From an uncultured Pseudanabaenaceae cyanobacterium (GTDB lineage Bacteria; Cyanobacteriota; Cyanobacteriia; PCC-9006; JAAUQQ01), in NCBI GenBank assembly GCA_937949725.1, contig CALECT010000054.1, positions 19,213-83,212 on the forward strand: a DNA stretch of 64,000 nt. Direction: 5' to 3'. Positions within the stretch are counted from its first letter, which is position 1, and each line of letters opens with the position of its first letter. The notes under the pieces are model-generated. The model did no database searches and had not been told where the DNA came from. It worked only from the letters and a program-made list of their open reading frames with translations. Positions 37,859-47,707 of this stretch are shown here, one piece after another. A program made the position numbers and the translations under genes.

Positions 37859-39223
37859 TTAATAGATCCCACCCGGCACCGTAAATTGGCAGACCGAAGA
37901 ACTGGTCTGATCTTCCCGACGCACCGGACATTGGGGCCGCACCAAGGGATTATCCCAAGCCATCAGCTCCCGCAATCGCGACATGCCCGAAATCGGCTGC
38001 AAGCTACGAATCTCGTTATCCCGCACATACAGCGCTTCCAACGTAAACGCATGGCCAATGGGCTGCAAATCCTTGATTTGGTTATGGTCCAAGCTCAACC
38101 AACGCAAACCGTGGAGCTGGCGTAGCGGGGTCAGATCCTCAATCTTATTCATCGACAGGTCCAGCATTTCCAAGCCTTTAAGCCGCTTCACAATGCGAGC
38201 ATCATCAATGCCGTTATTGGCCAGGTTCAAGCGCCGCAGATTGCGCAGCTTCGTCACGGGCCAGAGGTTTTGAGAATGGACCGAGTTCAGATCTAGCGAT
38301 CGCAACTGGGGCATATGCTCCAAGCTATCCAAATACTTCAGCGGATTGCTGTGAATGGACAGCACTTCCAAATTCTTGAGGTTTCGCAGGGGGCGAATGC
38401 TGGTGATCTGGTTGCCGCCTAAATGCAATTCCCGCAGCAGCGTCAGTTTCGACAGAGGCGTGAGATCGCTGATTTGATTGGTCTTAGCAGGCTGAATTAG
38501 ATTGCCCCAGACAAAGGGCTGCGCTGGATCAACGTTAGCTTCAGCTTCAACGCCAGCCCCCTCAGCTACAAGTTTTCCGGGCTTCACATTGAGCTGTTTG
38601 GTTTGCTCAAGCTGCGCTGGATCAGCCTTGCCCGATTTAGCCTGACTCGCCTTCGCCAGATTTGCCTTGATCGAAGCCTGGTGGGCATGGGTGCGGCGAT
38701 CGCTGGTCAGCAGTCCAAAGGCCACCTCCGGCACCCCAGACAAATCCAAAATCTCCAGCTGAGTTAAATTCTCCAGCGGTGTCAAATCGGTAATCGTACT
38801 TTCCCGAATCACTAGCCGTCGCAGTTGGGGATACCAGCTGATCGGCTCCAGCGTCGCCAAACCTCTCCCCGGAATAATGAGCTGAGTCGAACGGCTCAGC
38901 AGCATATGGGCTTCGCGGCAGTCCTGGGTCTCCACAGCCTGGAGCATCAAGTCCAGGGTGATCTGCATGTCTGTGGGAGCCGTGATGCGGCGATCGCACC
39001 AGTAAATAAAGCCCCGAGAGTCCGCAGTCACCTTCGCCTGGGCATCGGCGGGTAAAGCGCTGCTGGACTGAGCATCATCAGCACTTTGAGTTGGCGCAGC
39101 TTCGAGGCTGGCTGCGACGGGCTGGGGCAATGCTTGGACAGAGGGCGCGATCGCGGTGGCGCTGGCGATCGCCAACGCAACTGATGCCCAAACAGACTTG
39201 CCAGGCAGGGAAAAAATATTCAT
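37859..39223 (-). CDS. Secreted leucine-rich-repeat (internalin-like) protein
   Basis: Signal peptide MNIFSLPGKSVWASVALAIASATAIAPSVQA. About 12 repeats of ~22 aa, LxxLxxLxLxxNxIxDLxPL, interrupted by a ~90-aa Ala/Lys-rich insert. Confidence 0.85.
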   Translation of the reverse strand: MNIFSLPGKSVWASVALAIASATAIAPSVQALPQPVAASLEAAPTQSADDAQSSSALPADAQAKVTADSRGFIYWCDRRITAPTDMQITLDLMLQAVETQDCREAHMLLSRSTQLIIPGRGLATLEPISWYPQLRRLVIRESTITDLTPLENLTQLEILDLSGVPEVAFGLLTSDRRTHAHQASIKANLAKASQAKSGKADPAQLEQTKQLNVKPGKLVAEGAGVEAEANVDPAQPFVWGNLIQPAKTNQISDLTPLSKLTLLRELHLGGNQITSIRPLRNLKNLEVLSIHSNPLKYLDSLEHMPQLRSLDLNSVHSQNLWPVTKLRNLRRLNLANNGIDDARIVKRLKGLEMLDLSMNKIEDLTPLRQLHGLRWLSLDHNQIKDLQPIGHAFTLEALYVRDNEIRSLQPISGMSRLRELMAWDNPLVRPQCPVRREDQTSSSVCQFTVPGGIY

Positions 39224-39564
39224 CTTGATGCCACTGAGTTGACCGAAACGGAACGTTGGCCCAGTAAGTTGGCCCAGTAATTCGGCAGTTGAAGGGATGC
39301 AACTTCAACGACGGCAGTTCGTTAGATACGATTTGGGCCGCTGTTAAAGCCTTCTATGCCTAGGCTTACAAACCGGATTCGATGCAACTCATGACTCAGG
39401 ATGTTTGGAGATCTGGCCCTTAGCTCGACTGATCCTGGCGAAGCGTTGTCCCCCAGATCAGCTCCACGCTTCTAGCGAGCTGCTGTTGTGAGGACAATTG
39501 CCAGTGAACGCCCAGCCCCGATAATAGGAAAGCTTGACCTGATTGCTCCCACCTAGCTTGCCCG

Positions 39565-40386
39565 ATGTCCTTGTCAGAACCGCAATTATCCGTTGGTCAA
39601 ATCTCTAATCGGCTTTCCTCAGAGCCCCTGCTTTCGTTTCAGCAGGTCAGCCATCAGTTCCAGGGGCAAACGGCCCTAAGTGGGATCAATTTGCAGGTGT
39701 ATCCTGGCGATCGCCTCGCCCTCGTCGGCCCCAGCGGTGCAGGCAAAAGCACGCTGCTGCGCCTACTCAACGGCAGCCTTTCACCCAGCCAGGGCAGTAT
39801 CCAAGTCCTGGGTCGCGACTTTAACCAAATCTCCAATCGCCAGCGCCGCAAACTCCAGCGCCAAATCGGCACCATCTACCAACAGTTCAACCTGATCAAC
39901 TCCCTGCGCGTCATCCACAACGTCAATGCAGGCAACCTGGGTCGTTGGTCCCTACCCAAGGCCATCCTCTCTCTGGCAATTCCCCAAGAAGTCGCCGCTG
40001 CCCAAGCGGTCCTCACCCAAGTGGGAATCCCTGAAAAAATATTTGAGCGGACGGACCAGCTTTCCGGCGGCCAACAGCAGCGCGTCGCCATTGCCCGCGT
40101 CCTCACCCAAAATCCCCAAGTCATCCTCGCCGACGAACCCATCGCCAGCCTCGATCCCGAGCGCAGCCGAGAAATCATGGAGTTGTTAACTCAACTTTGC
40201 GCTAGCCCCAATACCGGGAAAGGTCGAGCCTTGGTAGTCAGCCTGCATGATTTGGAGATGGCGAGGGACTGGTGCGATCGCATCATCGGCCTTCGCAATG
40301 GACAAATCTGCTTCGATTGCGCCACCGCAGAACTAGAGAATCATCAGCTTGAATCGCTCTATCAAATTGGCAGCAGCTCAATTTAG
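39565..40386 (+). CDS. phnC: Phosphonate-type ABC transporter ATP-binding protein
   Basis: Walker [17 protein letters not shown], signature [15 protein letters not shown], Walker [12 protein letters not shown]. Confidence 0.85.
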   Translation: MSLSEPQLSVGQISNRLSSEPLLSFQQVSHQFQGQTALSGINLQVYPGDRLALVGPSGAGKSTLLRLLNGSLSPSQGSIQVLGRDFNQISNRQRRKLQRQIGTIYQQFNLINSLRVIHNVNAGNLGRWSLPKAILSLAIPQEVAAAQAVLTQVGIPEKIFERTDQLSGGQQQRVAIARVLTQNPQVILADEPIASLDPERSREIMELLTQLCASPNTGKGRALVVSLHDLEMARDWCDRIIGLRNGQICFDCATAELENHQLESLYQIGSSSI

Positions 40387-40435
40387 ATAAATCATTCGGG
40401 AAAGCTAAAGCTGATCCCGTCAGGAATGAGCAGCT

Positions 40436-41257
40436 ATGGCCCGTGCCGCAAAATCGTGGAAACAAATCCAAGGGAAACGAAACAAGCGGAAACAGCCGGA
40501 GCGATCGCCACTCAAAGACAATCCCCTCAATAACCCTGGTGAATCCCTCGCCCAAAACATTGAAAACTACTTCTATGACCAGGTTTTAGTTTGGTGCCTC
40601 AGTGCTGCATTCGTACTGATATACATCGTACTGGAATGGTATTACTACCTGACGAATACGCCTCGCCAGCCTTTGCTCCTTAGCATCATGTCAATTCCTT
40701 TCATTGGCTATTGCTCATGGCGAGTCTGGCGTGGACGCAGACAAGTCAAACGAATGCGCCTCGGCCTAGACGGCGAAAAGGCTGTGGGCCAATACCTCGA
40801 ACGCCTCCGCACCGATGGCTACCAAGTCTTCCATGACATCGCAGGTCAAAGTTTCAACCTAGACCACGTCATCATCGGCCCTGGCGGCATCTTCACCATC
40901 GAGACCAAAACCTACAGCAAACCCAAGCGAGGCAATCCTCGAATTAACTTCGACGGTCAAACGCTAACCATTGGCAGCTACCCGCCCGATCGCGATCCCG
41001 TCACCCAAGCCAAAGCCCAAGCCCATTGGCTCAAGGAGCTTCTGAAAGAAAGCACGGGCCAAACCTACAACGCCAAACCCGTGATCGTTTTTCCCGGCTG
41101 GTTCGTCGAACCCCTCTCAGCCCAGCAACAAGAAAAGCTCTGGATTCTCAATCCTAAAGCGCTCCCAGCATTCCTAAAACACACTCCCGTCCAGCTCAGC
41201 TCGGAGCAAATTCACCTAGCGGCCTATCATCTCTCTCGCCATTGCCGAACCAGCTAA
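40436..41257 (+). CDS. Membrane-anchored NERD (nuclease-related) domain protein
   Basis: Basic N-terminus and two hydrophobic helices, then NERD-like GEKAVGQYLERL...YQVFHDI...LDHVIIGPGGIFTIETKTY. Confidence 0.8.
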   Translation: MARAAKSWKQIQGKRNKRKQPERSPLKDNPLNNPGESLAQNIENYFYDQVLVWCLSAAFVLIYIVLEWYYYLTNTPRQPLLLSIMSIPFIGYCSWRVWRGRRQVKRMRLGLDGEKAVGQYLERLRTDGYQVFHDIAGQSFNLDHVIIGPGGIFTIETKTYSKPKRGNPRINFDGQTLTIGSYPPDRDPVTQAKAQAHWLKELLKESTGQTYNAKPVIVFPGWFVEPLSAQQQEKLWILNPKALPAFLKHTPVQLSSEQIHLAAYHLSRHCRTS

Positions 41258-41293
41258 TCACGTCATCCAGCCATCAGATCTGAAAGACAAACA

Positions 41294-41339
41294 AACGCGA
41301 TCGCCCTGGACATAGAGAAATGCCTGGGGCGATCGCGTT
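41294..41339. terminator. HIP1-containing hairpin between convergent genes
   Basis: 13-bp stem, AACGCGATCGCCC (41294-41306) with GGGCGATCGCGTT (41327-41339), and a 20-nt loop. Confidence 0.5.
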
Positions 41340-41361
41340 CTTAATCTCAATAGATCTAGCT

Positions 41362-41721
41362 TTAGCCCATACGGCGCGACAGCAACTGCTCTTCCAACGC
41401 CGCAATGCGACTATAGGCAGCCGTCAACTGAGCCGTTAGGCGTTGCACCTGCATCTCAGGCGGCATAATCAACTGCCCTTCACTATTGGAAGGAAGCGCA
41501 GAATCATCACTATCATCCAGCACATCCTTATGACTCATCGTCTTGGAATAGGTCTGGGAATGCTGGATAACCGAAGCATCTGGTTGAGCTGAACTGGAGC
41601 TATGCAAGGAATTCATGCTCCCCAGAACCTGCCCAACGGAATTATTTAACTGACTAATGGAATCAACAATACTGCCAAGTGTTGCTTCGACAGCTTCAAT
41701 TCTTTGATCTGTGGAACTCAT
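41362..41721 (-). CDS. Hypothetical coiled-coil protein
   Basis: 119-aa ORF, Ser/Gln-rich, with heptad-like ends. No family was recognised. Confidence 0.45.
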   Translation of the reverse strand: MSSTDQRIEAVEATLGSIVDSISQLNNSVGQVLGSMNSLHSSSSAQPDASVIQHSQTYSKTMSHKDVLDDSDDSALPSNSEGQLIMPPEMQVQRLTAQLTAAYSRIAALEEQLLSRRMG

Positions 41722-42510
41722 CGCATCGTACCTAAATAGAAAGAATCACCCACAAAAGACAAGTACTCGGTATTTTCAAATGATGAAGGAATACTTGTAA
41801 TGCCATCACTTAACAGTCAGTGAGTCGAAATCGAAATTGAGCAGCTGTCCTGGACGAGGAGGTTGCAATAGAACCAAAACTACACTGCAATAACGACAAA
41901 ATGAGCTGACAGCAACGAGAAGACCCGGAGATGAGCCGTTTTCAAGAAGCTCCTAACCTTGCGAGATCACAAATGGGTTCACAAGCAAGACACTCAAGGG
42001 AAATTGAGTAAAACATCTTCAATTGACATTGACTCAGCTCAGCCTTCTTAGGGACAGTGGAAGGCCATAGGCCCAGCTATCACAGTGGCTAAAGGGGAGT
42101 GACACCAGTTCTAAGGAATTAGAGCATGTGTCTGACAAATATCAAGGAAGAGTCTCCGAGTAAAACTGAGATCTCAAAGCAAATTAGCTTTGGGATAAAA
42201 GACCTTTTCGTCATCATCAAAATCAGAGAACGAATTGCCTTATTACAGCTCAGCTCCAGTGATAAAGGGGGAAAGACTTTCCTAACCTATAGCGTAAGGC
42301 TCATCACCGAAGAGATTCCAAATGAATGAAATCTAAAGATGATAAGTAGTAATGGGAGTTACCAAACGTCCTAAACAAGTTAGGTCGTCGCTACAACATT
42401 AGGCAGTCGATCAGCCTTGACTTCACTTATGTTATGCATTGGCTATAACAATTGCTGAATCCCTACGAATTACTTAACCTTCTCGCTGTAATGGCTCACT
42501 TTGAAGCAGT

Positions 42511-42530
42511 AGTTTCTTCATGAAGAAACT
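42511..42530. repeat. Perfect 20-bp palindrome
   Basis: AGTTTCTTCA|TGAAGAAACT, embedded in a ~40-bp imperfect palindrome (TTGAAG at 42501 ... CTTCAA ending ~42540). Confidence 0.9.
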
Positions 42531-42585
42531 CCCTTCAATCCAGTGGGATCTACCGTCAATCCTTGGTTTCCAGTGATCCCCAACG

Positions 42586-42624
42586 AAAAACCGCATGTTC
42601 CCAAGGGGGAGCGTGCGGTTTTTC
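42586..42624 (-). terminator. Bidirectional-type intrinsic terminator downstream of ilvB
   Basis: AAAAACCGCA (42586-42595) ... TGCGGTTTTT (42614-42623). A U-run follows the stem on both strands. It lies ~135 nt after the ilvB stop. Confidence 0.65.
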
Positions 42625-42759
42625 AATATTCGGAATTGAATTGGCAAAAACTAAAAAGTAACGAGAAATAAATGCTTAGAAATCTTCCGCAGCATTATTC
42701 CAATTTCTAGCTTTGCTGATCACCATCATCAAACTCGACTAGGAGGCTTGGTGATGTCC

Positions 42760-44517
42760 TTAATCTTCGCTATCTGGAAGACCTAGCATTTGGTCCGTTG
42801 AGCAGCCCGGCTTAACCATGGGGTAGCAGTTTTCATCCTGCTTGACCCTGACATCCATGAACACAGGGCCATCATGGGCCAACATTTCGGCGATCGCCCC
42901 TTCTAGCTCTCCACGCTCCTTCACCAAGATGCCCTTGACTCCAAAGGCCTCAGCCAGCTTCACGAAGTCAGGCATGCCCGTCTCCATGTTGGAAGAAGAA
43001 TACCGCTGACCGTAGAAGTTTTGCTGCCACTGGCGCACCATGCCCTGCCAGCCATTGTTCAAGACCACCGTTTTAGCCTTGATTTTGTACTGGGCTAGAG
43101 TGCCTAGCTCTTGGATGTTCATCAGGATGCTGGCATCACCGGCAATGCAAATTACCGTTTCATCAGGCAGTGCCACCTGAGCCCCGATCGCTGCTGGCAT
43201 GCCAAAGCCCATGGTGCCTAGGCCCGCACTGGAAATCCATTGGCGAGGACCGTTCTTGAGGAACTGAGCCGCCCACATCTGGTGTTGACCCACATCAGTG
43301 GTGAAGTAGGCATTGGGAGCTGCCTTGTCCAATGCAACAACAACTTCCTGGGGTGAAATGCAATCGGGGTAGCTGGGAGCAATAAGGGGATATTTGGCTT
43401 TCCAGGCATCCACGCGATCGCGCCAGGGCTGGGTCACCTGAGTATCAATCTGACCATTGAGCGCCCCCATTTGGCGCAGCATTTCCTTCAATACATGGCG
43501 CACATCTCCCACGATGGGAATATCGGGTTGACGGTTCTTGCCCACCTCGGCGGGGTCAATGTCGATGTGGATGACCTTGGCATAGCGGGCAAACTCATCC
43601 AGCTTGCCCGTGACGCGATCGTCAAAGCGCGCTCCCACTGCAATTAAAAGGTCACATTCACTAATGGCATAGTTGGCATAGGCTGTGCCATGCATGCCCA
43701 ACATGCCCACGGCGAGGGGATGTTTCTCATCGAAGACTCCCTTACCCATCAGTGTCGTGGTCACGGGAATTTGGAAGGCCTCTGCCACAGCTTTGACTTC
43801 GCTGTGAGCACCGGAAGAAATGGCACCGCCGCCCACATAGAGCAGCGGTTGTTTGGCGGACTTAATCAGCTGTAGGGCAGCCTCAACTTGGCGAGCACTC
43901 CCTTCTAGGGTTGGCTTATAGCCCTCTAAGCTAACCGCGCCCGGTTCCACCGGCACATAGTCAAACTCTTCCAAGCCCACGTCCTTGGGCACGTCAATCA
44001 ATACTGGAGCAGGACGTCCCGTGCGGGCAATGTAAAACGCCTCAGCCACAATTCGAGCCATATCGCGGGGATCGCGCACCACATAGGAATGCTTCACCAC
44101 CGGCAGGGTAATACCAAAAATATCGGTTTCCTGGAAGGCATCGGTACCAATATTTGGACGAGCAACCTGGCCCGTAATCACCACCATGGGAATGGAGTCC
44201 ATCTGGGCTGTGGCAATTCCCGTTACCAGGTTTGTTGCACCGGGACCAGAGGTACCAAAGCAAACGCCCACTTCTCCTGTTGCTCGGGAATAGGCATCGG
44301 CAGCATGGGAGGCACCTTGCTCATGGCGGACGAGGAAATGTTCCATTTCCCCCCGCTCTTCTGCCAGGTATAGCTCATCGTAAATGGGCAGAATTGCCCC
44401 ACCGGGATAACCGAAGATATGCTTCACCCCATGGCGTCGCAAACTGTCAATCAAAGCAAAAGCACCAGTAACCCGTTGACTGGCAACGGCGGTGGGCTGG
44501 GCAACAGTAGACCTCAT
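42760..44517 (-). CDS. ilvB: Acetolactate synthase (acetohydroxyacid synthase) large catalytic subunit
   Basis: ThDP enzyme. [12 protein letters not shown], the TPP-binding [15 protein letters not shown]...[12 protein letters not shown], and [15 protein letters not shown] at 44517; the ORF-track start at 44547 is TTG. Confidence 0.94.
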   Translation of the reverse strand: MRSTVAQPTAVASQRVTGAFALIDSLRRHGVKHIFGYPGGAILPIYDELYLAEERGEMEHFLVRHEQGASHAADAYSRATGEVGVCFGTSGPGATNLVTGIATAQMDSIPMVVITGQVARPNIGTDAFQETDIFGITLPVVKHSYVVRDPRDMARIVAEAFYIARTGRPAPVLIDVPKDVGLEEFDYVPVEPGAVSLEGYKPTLEGSARQVEAALQLIKSAKQPLLYVGGGAISSGAHSEVKAVAEAFQIPVTTTLMGKGVFDEKHPLAVGMLGMHGTAYANYAISECDLLIAVGARFDDRVTGKLDEFARYAKVIHIDIDPAEVGKNRQPDIPIVGDVRHVLKEMLRQMGALNGQIDTQVTQPWRDRVDAWKAKYPLIAPSYPDCISPQEVVVALDKAAPNAYFTTDVGQHQMWAAQFLKNGPRQWISSAGLGTMGFGMPAAIGAQVALPDETVICIAGDASILMNIQELGTLAQYKIKAKTVVLNNGWQGMVRQWQQNFYGQRYSSSNMETGMPDFVKLAEAFGVKGILVKERGELEGAIAEMLAHDGPVFMDVRVKQDENCYPMVKPGCSTDQMLGLPDSED

Positions 44518-44673
44518 GGCAGCTCGCTCTCGTACGGAAGAAAACAAAAGTCATTCCCAAATGAATGATCTGGTTTGAGAATGCACTCTGGAATACAAAA
44601 TATTCTGCCACCAAAGATCTAGCCATAGGGGGTTTCGAGAATAAAACCTCATCTACTGGCTGAAATTGGCGCA

Positions 44674-45288
44674 TTAACGGCGGAATGTTGCAGGTGAGTC
44701 CAGCACCAACAACAGCTGAGCTAATAATTGAACAGCATCTATAGATTGATCCCTGTCCAATCGTCCCAAATTTAATTTGAAGGAGGATTTTTGATTGGGC
44801 TGCCAATGTCCCCAGGACTGTTGAGGCGATCGCCACAGGTCCAAATGCCCCACCGCCGGGTCGCAGTAAAAGTAGCCATCGCTGGCCCCCAGCCATTCGC
44901 AGCTCTGGGCCGTGAAGCGATCGTGTCCCAGGCGGAACCGAGGGAAACTATCCCCTAACGGCAAGCCCCAGCCGTCCAATGCGATCAATCCTTTGACCGT
45001 TCCTCCCTGTCTTTGCCAATGTCGTGCCGCCGCTACAGCCCCGACCACGCCAGCACTAAATCCAATCCAAGTTGTGGGAGTGTTGGGTAGAAGCTCCGCT
45101 TGCTGCCAACGCTTTGAGATATACGAGCCAATCAAATCAGGCGCATAGGGAGCAATCTCGAAGGGTAGCACCCAGAGTTGCAGAGCCTGGGCAATATCAA
45201 ACTGGGTTGCGATCGCCCGTTCGAGCGCTGCAACAAACTCATCTGTCAGCCCAGGCGGATGAATCCCAGGACAAATCACAACAATCAT
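44674..45288 (-). CDS. Conserved hypothetical protein, alpha/beta-hydrolase-like
   Basis: 204 aa. MIVVICPGIHPP and a possible nucleophile elbow IGFSAGVVGA. Confidence 0.6.
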   Translation of the reverse strand: MIVVICPGIHPPGLTDEFVAALERAIATQFDIAQALQLWVLPFEIAPYAPDLIGSYISKRWQQAELLPNTPTTWIGFSAGVVGAVAAARHWQRQGGTVKGLIALDGWGLPLGDSFPRFRLGHDRFTAQSCEWLGASDGYFYCDPAVGHLDLWRSPQQSWGHWQPNQKSSFKLNLGRLDRDQSIDAVQLLAQLLLVLDSPATFRR

Positions 45289-45411
45289 CCACCTATCCTA
45301 AAGGTCGCCATAGCAACAATGGCCAGAATCGCAATGCGATAATGCGACTCTAGCCATCAAAACAAAATGAGGTTGATTGTGTCTCTGCCCAAACCCGAAT
45401 TAGCCCATACC

Positions 45412-46284
45412 CTAAGACACTGGTTGGGCCGACTGCATCGCCCTCAGAACTAGACCGGGATCTACCCAGCTACCCCGATGCTTCAGCCCCCAATGTAGAT
45501 GGGGACCTGTTGTCCGTCCCGTCATGCCTACCCGACCAATGCGAGCGCCAGTCTGGACAGCTTGCCCCTCTCGAATTTGAATACTGCCGCCACGATCCAC
45601 CAAATAACGCTGACCGCCAATTTTTTCGACCTTGCCCTTCATATGACAGTAGATGTGCTCCCATTCCCCGGATTGGACCACAATCGAGGTGCCGCACCGA
45701 GTGTTATCCGTCACCTCTACAACTTGGCCGCCCCACCAACTGCGGATGAAGCTTCCCTGGGGCGCAGCTAAATCTAAGCCGTAATGAAATTCACTGCTAC
45801 GTCCCCCCGTAGCCGATCGCCGATAACCAAAGGCCGAGGTATAAGCCTGAAACCCCTCCACGGGGAAAGAAGCATTGCGCCAAATCTGCACCGCCGTTTT
45901 ATTTCCGCCCCACCCCGTTAGCTGAGCCTGGGCAACCGGAGAAAAGCTCGCTAAGCCTGCACAGATAAAGCCTAGGCTAACCAACAGTCCCAAGGCTTTA
46001 AATCGGTTATTGCTGCGCAGAGGCAACCGACGTCCCGCAAGCTGTCGAAAGCCCCGAGCCGTCGTCGCCCAATGCCAAAAACGCCGGGCTCCAATATTCA
46101 GTCCAGAGACAATAGAACGATTCCAACTACTCACAGTCTGTCCTTTCTCCCGTTGCCACAACCTTTGCAAGCGCCAAACCGGCTGTATCATACCCCAGTG
46201 GCTCCCAAGCAAGCCTCTTCCAGTCTGCCTTAGGACATTCCCTTCAGGCATCAGCCAAGACATTGACTGAAACAGCGAAGCCAT
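45412..46284 (-). CDS. M23-family (LytM-type) metallopeptidase
   Basis: C-terminal HYGLDLAAPQGSFIR ... GMTGRTTGPHLHWGL, and a signal-anchor FKALGLLVSLGFICAGLASFSPVAQA. The start is uncertain; the ORF-track start at 46434 would overlap the divergent permease ORF. Confidence 0.75.
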   Translation of the reverse strand: MASLFQSMSWLMPEGNVLRQTGRGLLGSHWGMIQPVWRLQRLWQREKGQTVSSWNRSIVSGLNIGARRFWHWATTARGFRQLAGRRLPLRSNNRFKALGLLVSLGFICAGLASFSPVAQAQLTGWGGNKTAVQIWRNASFPVEGFQAYTSAFGYRRSATGGRSSEFHYGLDLAAPQGSFIRSWWGGQVVEVTDNTRCGTSIVVQSGEWEHIYCHMKGKVEKIGGQRYLVDRGGSIQIREGQAVQTGARIGRVGMTGRTTGPHLHWGLKHRGSWVDPGLVLRAMQSAQPVS

Positions 46285-46333
46285 TGTTGCTGCCCTGATT
46301 AATATCCCACCAATTCCCCGTAGATATAGCCCT

Positions 46334-47488
46334 ATGGACGGTAACTTTTTATCCAAGCTTAAACCTAACCGTCCGGGGAAAGGCGGCAAGTCAGGCTCTG
46401 AAAACAGCAATTCAGGGACAGGATTGGTTCTCAATCAAACCCTGGCATTCATCATCAAGCGGCTTCTTCAGGCGCTGCTCACGCTGGTGATTGCTTCCCT
46501 GCTCAGCTATGTCATCGTTCAGCTGGCCCCAGGTAACTACGTCGATAGTTTGCGGGAGAACCTCCAAAACGACCCTGAATTGATTGACCGTCTTGAACAA
46601 CAATTTGGCTTAGCTGGAGAACCCGCCTCTCCCATTGAGTCAATTGATAATCTGAAATCTTTCCTCGGCAGCATTGGTCCCTGGCTTGGTTGGGTGATCC
46701 CCAGCTATTTCAAATGGCTCGGCCAAGTGCTCCATGGCAATTTGGGCGAGAGCTTTGTGTTTAAGCGCCCCGTCGCTGGGCTACTGACGGAGCGGGTGGG
46801 TGCAACGCTACTGCTAGCTTTATCTTCTTTAGTTCTGACCTGGGCGATCGCCGTTCCCATGGGGGTCACCGCAGCGGTTAATCAAAATAGATGGAGCGAT
46901 CGTCTCCTGCGCAGCCTCAGCTACCTGGGCCAAGGTTTTCCTAGCTTCATCACTGCCCTGCTCCTGCTCATCCTGGCCCAGCGAGTCACGCCCTGGCTCC
47001 CTGTCGGCGACATGACCAGCATTGACTATGCCGACATGTCCTGGCTCGGCAAAATCCTAGACGTGGCCTGGCATATGATTTTGCCCACCATTGCCCTCAG
47101 CGTCGCCAGCTTCGCCGGGCTCCAACGCATCACCCGAGGTGAACTCCTCGAAGTTTTACGCCAGGACTACGTTCGCACCGCCCGCGCCAAAGGACTCCCT
47201 GAAAACCGCGTCATCTATCGCCACGCTCTACGCAATGCCATTAATCCTTTAATCACGCTCTTAGGTTTTGAATTTGCCAGCCTACTTAGCGGTGCCTTTA
47301 TTGCAGAGTACTTTTTTAATTGGCCTGGATTAGGCCGCCTTATCCTTAAAGCAGTCTTTGCCCAGGATCTCTATCTCGTCATGGCCAGTCTCATGATGGG
47401 AGCCGTCATGCTCATCATCGGGAATCTACTGGCAGATTTACTGCTCTCCGTGATAGATCCACGGATTCAATTAGGGCAAGCGGAGTAG
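46334..47488 (+). CDS. ABC transporter permease, DppB/OppB (peptide/nickel) family
   Basis: IIKRLLQALLTLVIASLLSYVIVQLAPGN N-terminal helix and the EAA-loop region DYVRTARAKGLPENRVIYRHALRNAINP. The true start may be the in-frame TTG at 46424. Confidence 0.8.
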   Translation: MDGNFLSKLKPNRPGKGGKSGSENSNSGTGLVLNQTLAFIIKRLLQALLTLVIASLLSYVIVQLAPGNYVDSLRENLQNDPELIDRLEQQFGLAGEPASPIESIDNLKSFLGSIGPWLGWVIPSYFKWLGQVLHGNLGESFVFKRPVAGLLTERVGATLLLALSSLVLTWAIAVPMGVTAAVNQNRWSDRLLRSLSYLGQGFPSFITALLLLILAQRVTPWLPVGDMTSIDYADMSWLGKILDVAWHMILPTIALSVASFAGLQRITRGELLEVLRQDYVRTARAKGLPENRVIYRHALRNAINPLITLLGFEFASLLSGAFIAEYFFNWPGLGRLILKAVFAQDLYLVMASLMMGAVMLIIGNLLADLLLSVIDPRIQLGQAE

Positions 47489-47707
47489 TTAACCTCTCCA
47501 TAGGAAGTTTGCCTGAGCAACCATGAAACGGAATTCACACTCTAACGAAACTCCGTTCAGCTTGGCAGCGTTCTTCAAGTCATCCTGCGACAGCTAGAGG
47601 CCTTGAGCAAACATTAAATAACCTCTAGTGGAAACTACTGAAGAGACCTTTCGCACATCTGCGGAGAGCGAGTCAATAGCTTGTTCATCAACAATAGAGA
47701 CTGCGAC
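47489..47707 (-). pseudogene. Possible gene remnant (interrupted reading frame, no start codon)
   Basis: My minus-strand translation is ...VAVSIVDEQAIDSLSADVRKVSSVVSTRGYLMFAQGL*LSQDDLKNAAKLNGVSLECEFRFMVAQANFLWRG*. The in-frame TAG is at 47594-47596. There is no ATG/GTG/TTG start after the upstream TAA. Confidence 0.2.

Noticed and set aside
42126-42329. 67-aa ORF in the AT-rich desert
   Set aside because: The Lys/Ile/Glu-rich composition simply reflects AT-rich DNA. There is no motif, no evident ribosome-binding context, and no partner genes.
44518-44673. Leader-peptide attenuator upstream of ilvB, by analogy with the DAHPS finding
   Set aside because: The only short upstream ORF (MRFYSRNPLWLDLWWQNILYSRVHSQTRSFIWE) is not enriched in Val/Leu/Ile. 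The nearby AT-rich hairpin with a U-run is better explained as the terminator of the upstream gene.
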